Shown piece by piece: positions 7,929 through 12,858 of a stretch of DNA of 12,858 nt (position 1 is its first letter; every line of letters starts with the position of its first letter). The notes under the pieces were generated by a model. The model searched no databases. It saw only the letters and a program-made list of their open reading frames with translations, and had not been told where the DNA came from. The position numbers were made by a program, and so were the translations under genes. The DNA is from Candidatus Binatia bacterium (lineage in GTDB: Bacteria > Desulfobacterota > Binatia > HRBIN30): contig JBBRSP010000059.1 in NCBI GenBank assembly GCA_038245295.1, positions 1 through 12,858 of the forward strand. The letters are read 5' to 3'.

Positions 7929-8821
7929 TCGCGGTCAGAGATCCTCAGAGTCGCGGCATTCTCTATCTGGCGATGGGCGAGCGATTTGTCGCCGAGGCGG
8001 CCGTCTCGGCGGCTTCGGCACGGCGCCACCTGGGTCTGCCGATCACCATTTTCACCGATAGCCCGGTCGCGGCGGAGGCGACACGACTATTCGACTCGGT
8101 CATCGAGCTTCCGCGCTCGGGGCCGCGACCACATCGTGACAAGATCGTGGCGATGCGGTGAACGCCGTATGCGTGGACACTCTTCCTCGATACCGACACG
8201 TTCGTCGGCGCGCCGCTCGACGACGACTGGGAGCTCCTCGAGCAATTCGATCTGATTGCCGCGGCGGACCGCGGTTACGTCGATGCGTTTCCCCCGAATA
8301 CAGGTGTGCCCGAGTCCTTCAAGGAGCCCAACCTCGGCGTAGTGTTCTACCGGCAGTGTGCGGCAATCGAGCAGATGTTCGACGATGCCGTGCGGCGCTA
8401 CGACGAACTCACGACGCCGCGTAACGGGAGTCCCGCCGCTGTCTATTACGACCAAACGGCTGTCCGCCTCGCGCTGTACGCCTCTACGGTGCGCCTGACG
8501 ACGCTAACCGACGAGGACAACTGCCGCTTCGCCAACTACGGGAAGTTGAACGGTGCCGTGCGTGTCTTGCATGGTCGTTCGCCTCGGGCTGCGCACACCG
8601 CGGCGAACCTGCAACGCGTGCTCGAGCGCCTCAACGCGACAACCGTGCCGCGCGTGTTCGTTGCCGGCCGAATCTGGGCGTTGTGGCCGCGGCGGTTGCC
8701 GTTCACTCACGAATATCGCGTCGTGCGCCTCGGCTCGGCCAATCTCGTCGAGCTGTGGCCGCTCCTGTCGGCGGTTGCTGCGAAGATCGGCAGGATCCGT
8801 CGATACTTTCTGGGCGATTGA
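7925..8821 (+). pseudogene. GT8-like / nucleotide-diphospho-sugar transferase, interrupted by in-frame TGA at 8159-8161
   Basis: ATGA overlap at 7925-7928. RGILYLAMGERFVAEA..SA.S..ITIFTD..DKIVAMR*TPYAWTLFLDTDT continues in frame into EPNLGVVFYR and YDQTAVRLALY (ORF 8306..8821). The DxD motif lies after the stop. Confidence 0.82.
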
Positions 8822-8833
8822 AGGCCTGCTGGG

Positions 8834-10204
8834 CTAGAAGCCCTGGCCCTCTGGATGCCGCCGCGTCATGCCGGCGGCGGCGACGATGGCCAGCAGGAAA
8901 GTGAACGGGATGCGCATGCGTCCGGTGGCCACGACGATGGACGCTGCATAGAAATAGACGAGCGTCGCGACGACGAGAAACACCAACGACCAACGCCGCT
9001 GGCGAACAAGGCGGTACAAGCCAACGCTGAAGTACACCCACACGGTGAGATTGAGCATGAGTTGCGTGATCAGGAACAGCAGCTCGATGGCGCTGGTGCG
9101 GTCGAGAAATGCCGTCAGGCGATGCAGCTGTCGGCCGGCATCTGCCAGACCCGTCGTGCGTGCTTCGGGTGTGCCGAGGTCGAGCAAGTTCAGGAGATAG
9201 CGGCGCTCGCCGCCAAAACTCATCTCCGCCAGCGCCGAAATACTCTCGATCGTTGTGGCCAACGGGTAGCGTCGAAACACATCGCCGCTGGCGTCACGCA
9301 TCGCCGCGCCCCAATGCTGCGGGCCCAGCCGGTTCAAGGCTGCAGCGGCGGCTTCGAGACGATGTTGCGACACCGTCTCGAGAGACAAGTCGCGGGCGCG
9401 GGCTTCGACCTTGGAGGACGCGACGATCTGAGCATTGTAGCTGTAGGCGTTGCTCAGTCCTGGATATCCGGTGAGACGCTCGTTGCGCACGCTCCAGGCA
9501 ACCCCGAACAGCAGTGACACGAGCAACAGCGCTCCGGCGATGAGCCGGCGCCTGGTGTTGGCGATGCTGGTTCCATTTTCGGCCACCAGGACATAGGCGC
9601 TGAGCGGAATCCCCAGCAGCCCGGCGATCGGTCGGATCGCTGTCGCCATGCAGATGAAAAGGCCGGCGGTAAGCGCGGTTGCGAGGCGTGGTCGTGCGGC
9701 GGTGTCTGCAGCACTAAGGAACGCGGCAGCAACGGCAAAGGCGAAAGGAATGTCGCTCATCACAAGGTTGGCGTAAATCACGTGCGCCGGATCGATGGCC
9801 ATCAGCAGTCCAGCGAACGCCGCTGTCTGTTGATCGAACCACAGATTCGCCAGGCAAAACGTCAGGGCAACAATGGCACCGCCGAACAGTACCTGCAGGA
9901 GGATCAGCGGTGCGAGCGATGCGGCGCGACTATCGAGGAAGGCAAGCAGGAGCGGATATCCCGGGGTGCGGAAGACTTCGTAGGGCCATGGGTTGTGCAA
10001 GCTGTTGGTCGGCTCGTCGCTGGCAGTGAACGTGCCGAGTCGGCGCAAGCGCTCCGACAGATCGAGGTACTCTTGGGAGTCAGCCGTGGCGACGCGCTCG
10101 AAGGCGAAGCCGTGTCGCAGCGCTGGAGCCAGGCGCAGCGAGAGGCCAACGGCAATGAGAAACGACAGCAGCTTGGCGCGAGAAGTCATCGGCGGACGTT
10201 TCAT
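8834..10204 (-). CDS. ArnT/PMT-like GT-C membrane glycosyltransferase
   Basis: Polytopic membrane protein; DSQEY after first TM, FRTPGYPLLLA, LVMSDIPF, IRP, WSVRN, C-terminal GRMRIP. Start 10204 or 10189. Confidence 0.82.
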   Translation of the reverse strand: MKRPPMTSRAKLLSFLIAVGLSLRLAPALRHGFAFERVATADSQEYLDLSERLRRLGTFTASDEPTNSLHNPWPYEVFRTPGYPLLLAFLDSRAASLAPLILLQVLFGGAIVALTFCLANLWFDQQTAAFAGLLMAIDPAHVIYANLVMSDIPFAFAVAAAFLSAADTAARPRLATALTAGLFICMATAIRPIAGLLGIPLSAYVLVAENGTSIANTRRRLIAGALLLVSLLFGVAWSVRNERLTGYPGLSNAYSYNAQIVASSKVEARARDLSLETVSQHRLEAAAAALNRLGPQHWGAAMRDASGDVFRRYPLATTIESISALAEMSFGGERRYLLNLLDLGTPEARTTGLADAGRQLHRLTAFLDRTSAIELLFLITQLMLNLTVWVYFSVGLYRLVRQRRWSLVFLVVATLVYFYAASIVVATGRMRIPFTFLLAIVAAAGMTRRHPEGQGF

Positions 10205-10225
10205 CCGCCGAACATTCGGCGCGCG

Positions 10226-10603
10226 TCAAGCACCCAGGTGTGATGCAAGGCTCATGTGCATGGGGTGCAGCGTCCGGTCGAAAGGATTGAGGACCAGGGC
10301 CAGGCTCTCGAGTGTGACGGCGCCGAGCAAGGCTACATCGTCGCCGTCACCCAGGATCACCGGGCTAACGGCGTCGACTCCCCTGTATGTGAATCGGCAC
10401 TCGGAGACGGCCCGGGAGATCTGGGTTCCGTCGGCCAACGTGAACTTCATGCGACGCTTGGTGCCTAAGCCCAAGGCGCGCCAGGTATCATTCGGCAAAA
10501 CGGAGTAGACTGCGCCGCTGTCGACGAGAAAGTCCTGCGAGCGCGAGGGACCGGCGTCGCGACTTACCTCAAGCTCCACGTAGGTGAGTCCCGTGAGAAA
10601 CAA
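10226..10603 (-). CDS. Clan AA (retropepsin-like) single-domain aspartic protease
   Basis: FLVDSGAVYSVLP catalytic motif, FTLADG, LLGAVTLE..LVLNPF. Start uncertain (TTG 10603, or ACG 10594 at the expected Met of 'MGLTYV'). Confidence 0.85.
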   Translation of the reverse strand: MFLTGLTYVELEVSRDAGPSRSQDFLVDSGAVYSVLPNDTWRALGLGTKRRMKFTLADGTQISRAVSECRFTYRGVDAVSPVILGDGDDVALLGAVTLESLALVLNPFDRTLHPMHMSLASHLGA

Positions 10604-10640
10604 CTGCCACCAGGCCGCGAACGGCGCAATGACTGCATGC

Positions 10641-11321
10641 CTACGCCGTCAGGCCGGCGCGCTCGGTGGACGGGCTAGAGGACCGTCGCGTTCTTCGGCG
10701 CCGAGCCCAACCCGTGACGATACGGAAGGTGAGGGCGGCCAAGGCTGCCGCGAGCAGCCCTTGATAGATCACCTGATCCGACGCGTCGGCGAGTCCGTCA
10801 GCCCGCTGGCCGAACACCCGGCCGGCGTAGGACTGCGCGAAGATGAACCAGATGGCGTACATCCCGAAGGTTTGTAGGAGCTTCCAGTTGCGCCGAAGCG
10901 TCTTCATCGACCAATCATTCGACGTCAGCGCCATCAGGGCGATCACGACATAGACGGAGCCGCCGCCGAGAAGGGTGACGATGCCCGGTTCTTTGCCGCT
11001 GACGACGAAGTAGCCGATCAGCGCCGCCAGGTGGATGAAGTGCGACAGGGCGAAGGAGAGGCCGAGGTAGCGCCGCTTCTGGGCCAACCAGCGTGTGCCA
11101 GTCGAGGGGAAGGTTCGCGATAGCGGGGTGGCGAGGAAGGGCAGCAGGAAGATGAGAAAGGATTGGCGCGCCGTGTGGCGCGTGAACATTTGCAGGCCGT
11201 GCTCGGTGAAGCCGCCGCTCAGGTGCCGGATGGCCAGTAGCGCCGAGCTCAGTAGGACAAGAGCGTAGAGCTCCCAGGGGATGCGTCGTGACCCAACGGT
11301 GGATTCATTCTGCTTAGCCAT
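10641..11321 (-). CDS. MsrQ/YedZ-like ferric reductase-type transmembrane protein
   Basis: About 6 TM segments; RHTAR, RRYLGLSFALSHFIHL, LTSND....L...WKLL. ATG 11321 with GGAG upstream preferred to 11363. Confidence 0.75.
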   Translation of the reverse strand: MAKQNESTVGSRRIPWELYALVLLSSALLAIRHLSGGFTEHGLQMFTRHTARQSFLIFLLPFLATPLSRTFPSTGTRWLAQKRRYLGLSFALSHFIHLAALIGYFVVSGKEPGIVTLLGGGSVYVVIALMALTSNDWSMKTLRRNWKLLQTFGMYAIWFIFAQSYAGRVFGQRADGLADASDQVIYQGLLAAALAALTFRIVTGWARRRRTRRSSSPSTERAGLTA

Positions 11322-11489
11322 GCGCCGCGTATACTCCACGAGGTCGGTGGACGAAAAGGACAACCGACCGGCGATTTCTGCACGATCGTGGCCTGGATCG
11401 AGTGTCGAGGCGGTCTGATGACCGAGTAATCCTTACAACCCCCGCGACCCTCGCGCCGCGTTCCTGAGTCTGGGCCCCCCATCCACTCC

Positions 11490-11504
11490 TGGCACATGGG
11501 TTGC
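11490..11504 (+). promoter_or_regulatory. Sigma54 (RpoN) -24/-12 promoter
   Basis: TGGCAC-ATGGG-TTGC, an exact GG-N10-GC match to consensus, 14 nt upstream of ATG 11519. Confidence 0.7.
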
Positions 11505-11518
11505 GTGGAGAACCAGTC

Positions 11519-11674
11519 ATGGAACAGAAAAAAGAAAAGCTGGGTGAAGACGCCGGGCGCAAGTTCAACAAGGCGAACACGGAGTTCGCCAAGACCAACA
11601 AGGGTGAGAAGGCGGCACAGGACGCGAAGCGAGCGGTCGAAGAATCCGACGCCAAACGCAGCCGGCCCCTCTAG
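11519..11674 (+). CDS. 51-aa highly charged small protein (hydrophilin/stress-protein-like), absent from ORF track
   Basis: MEQKKEKLGEDAGRKFNKANTEFAKTNKGEKAAQDAKRAVEESDAKRSRPL*; ATG start, GGAG at 11507-11510, GC-rich third positions, sigma54 motif upstream. Confidence 0.72.
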   Translation: MEQKKEKLGEDAGRKFNKANTEFAKTNKGEKAAQDAKRAVEESDAKRSRPL

Positions 11675-11827
11675 CTCAACAACGTGGAGCGCGCCGATCC
11701 GCGGCGCCTGCCGGTGGTTCCCCTACCTACGGGCGGGGCGCCAGGGAGTGGCGCGCTCCGACCTCATCCCTTGCCGACGGGTACGCTGACCAGATAGCCT
11801 CCGGAGTAGTCCGTTTGAGGAGGCGCC

Positions 11828-12145
11828 GTGAGACGGAAACCGCTGCTCTTCTTTACAAGCGTGGCATCGATCTTGTGGTTGACGTTGCCCACGATAGGCG
11901 TGGCGTTCGGTGCGGAAGCGACCGGAGCCGCCGGGCAGGCGGTGCGTTCAACCGGCGCCGCTGCATCGGTGCCACAAGTGCATCCTGTCTATCCACCGGC
12001 GCCCGATCCGCCGACTCGTGAGACGACCTATTATTTCGACGCCCAGCGCAATCCGAGTGGCCGCCGTGAGACGAACGGCAGTCGCACGACAGACTATGAT
12101 AACCAGGGGAAGCCGGTGGGGAGCAGCGTCACCGTGCCGCGTTGA
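11828..12145 (+). CDS. Small secreted hypothetical protein with two beta-hairpin-like repeats
   Basis: Signal-peptide-like MRRKPLLFFTSVASILWLTLPTIGVAFGA, Pro-rich linker, TTYYFDAQRNPSG / TTDYDNQGKPVG. Confidence 0.65.
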   Translation: MRRKPLLFFTSVASILWLTLPTIGVAFGAEATGAAGQAVRSTGAAASVPQVHPVYPPAPDPPTRETTYYFDAQRNPSGRRETNGSRTTDYDNQGKPVGSSVTVPR

Positions 12146-12160
12146 GCCGCGACGCGCGGC
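12146..12160. terminator. Short GC hairpin between convergent genes
   Basis: GCCGCG-acg-CGCGGC followed by T-rich GTTCTCTGTT. Confidence 0.35.
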
Positions 12161-12169
12161 GTTCTCTGT

Positions 12170-12724
12170 TCAAGCGCCGCAGCCGCCCAATGCGTTGTTC
12201 ACCGCCGCGATGATCTCCGAGATGTCGATCGCTCCATCGTGGTTGGCATCACCCGCCAGACAGCTCGAGGTGGCGGCGCCACCGAGGGCGATGTTGGTCA
12301 TGATGAGCAGCTCATCAATCGTGACTTCGCCAGTGCCACCACAGTCGCCGGTGCATGCGGGCGCCGCGGTGGGCGTTGGCGTAGCGGTTGGTGTTGGTGT
12401 GTGACCACCCGGCGTCACCGTCGCGGCGGGCGCGGCCGGATTGATCGGCAAGGCGATCTGACCCCAGTGTGCTGCCGCAAAGTTCCATGACATCGCCACG
12501 GTGCCGACTCCGATACCGGTGCTCTGCGACGCCGTGACCGAGCTTGCCGGGTTACCGCTGACTTCCGAGGCGGTGAACAACGCAACCTGCCCGGTTCCGG
12601 TTGGTGTCGGCTTGGCGTCAGGGTTAGTGCCGAGCACGTCCAGGATCATCTTTCCCGTGGCGTTGGCCGCATTGAGCAAAGCAGGGGCGCCGCCATCGCC
12701 CGACTTGGTGGCGTAGGCGCCTAG
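12170..12724 (-). pseudogene. 3' fragment of a secreted protein with PT-rich linker and Cys-flanked dockerin-like C-terminal domain
   Basis: TPTPTATPTPT linker then CTGDCGGTGEVTIDELLIMTNIALG..SCLAGDANHDGAIDISEIIAAVNNALGGC. The frame stays open upstream of 12679 (LGAYATKSGDGGAPA) up to the IS-like end; no signal peptide or convincing start. Confidence 0.75.
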
Positions 12725-12738
12725 CCCGGACTATTCAT
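12721..12738 (-). mobile_element. Probable IS terminal inverted repeat (IS1380-like end) with CTAG; element extends to the right
   Basis: CTAG|CCCGGACTATTCAT, an inverted near-copy of 124-141, located exactly where the dockerin-like gene loses its 5' part. Confidence 0.55.
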
Positions 12739-12858
12739 GAGGGCCTCGGCGCTCGTCGAGTGAAGGGGTGGCGATCGTGTAAATGCCAGCGCCGGGCGAT
12801 TGATCGTCACGAGGGGTCAAATCGACGGTGATCAGCTGTCGGATACGGCTCGGTAATC

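Noticed and set aside
2658..8161. Genetic-code reassignment, pyrrolysine or selenocysteine as the explanation for the two internal stops
   Set aside because: The two stops are different codons. TGA and TAG both terminate neighbouring genes at proper overlaps. Only a 4-bp stem (ACGC-cgtat-GCGT) follows the TGA, and the position is not an obvious catalytic Cys.
12369..12401. GGTGTT/GGCGTT tandem repeats
   Set aside because: They simply encode the Pro-Thr linker on the minus strand; not a CRISPR array or VNTR.
1..12858. tRNA, rRNA or CRISPR array
   Set aside because: No cloverleaf, rRNA-like sequence or regularly spaced repeat-spacer pattern seen by eye.

Overview
GC-rich bacterial window, probably Candidatus Binatia (Binatota), inferred from a 'C-x-GDC...VTIDEL...NIALG...GD-x-N-x-DG' dockerin-like C-terminus typical of that group. 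From left to right: a probable IS end (124-141); a membrane HWE-type histidine kinase coupled to a PFxFxTGY single-domain receiver; a repeat-rich spacer; and a seven-gene + strand cluster. The cluster encodes an NTP_transf_5-like nucleotidyltransferase (in-frame TAG), a PqqD/RRE protein with a fused 'DPIHDV..GWP' peptide-like tail, an HprK-like kinase and four glycosyltransferases (the last with an in-frame TGA). It is followed by a convergent ArnT/PMT-like GT-C membrane transferase, a clan AA aspartic protease, an MsrQ-like membrane protein, a 51-aa charged protein absent from the ORF track behind a sigma54-type promoter, a small secreted protein, and a dockerin-like-domain gene cut off by a second, inverted IS-like end (12721-12738). 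The most interesting element is the RRE-tail/kinase/nucleotidyltransferase/glycosyltransferase cluster. It resembles the tailoring half of phospho/glyco-lasso-peptide clusters but has no lasso cyclase or leader peptidase in the window. All family assignments come from motif recognition; no searches were run.
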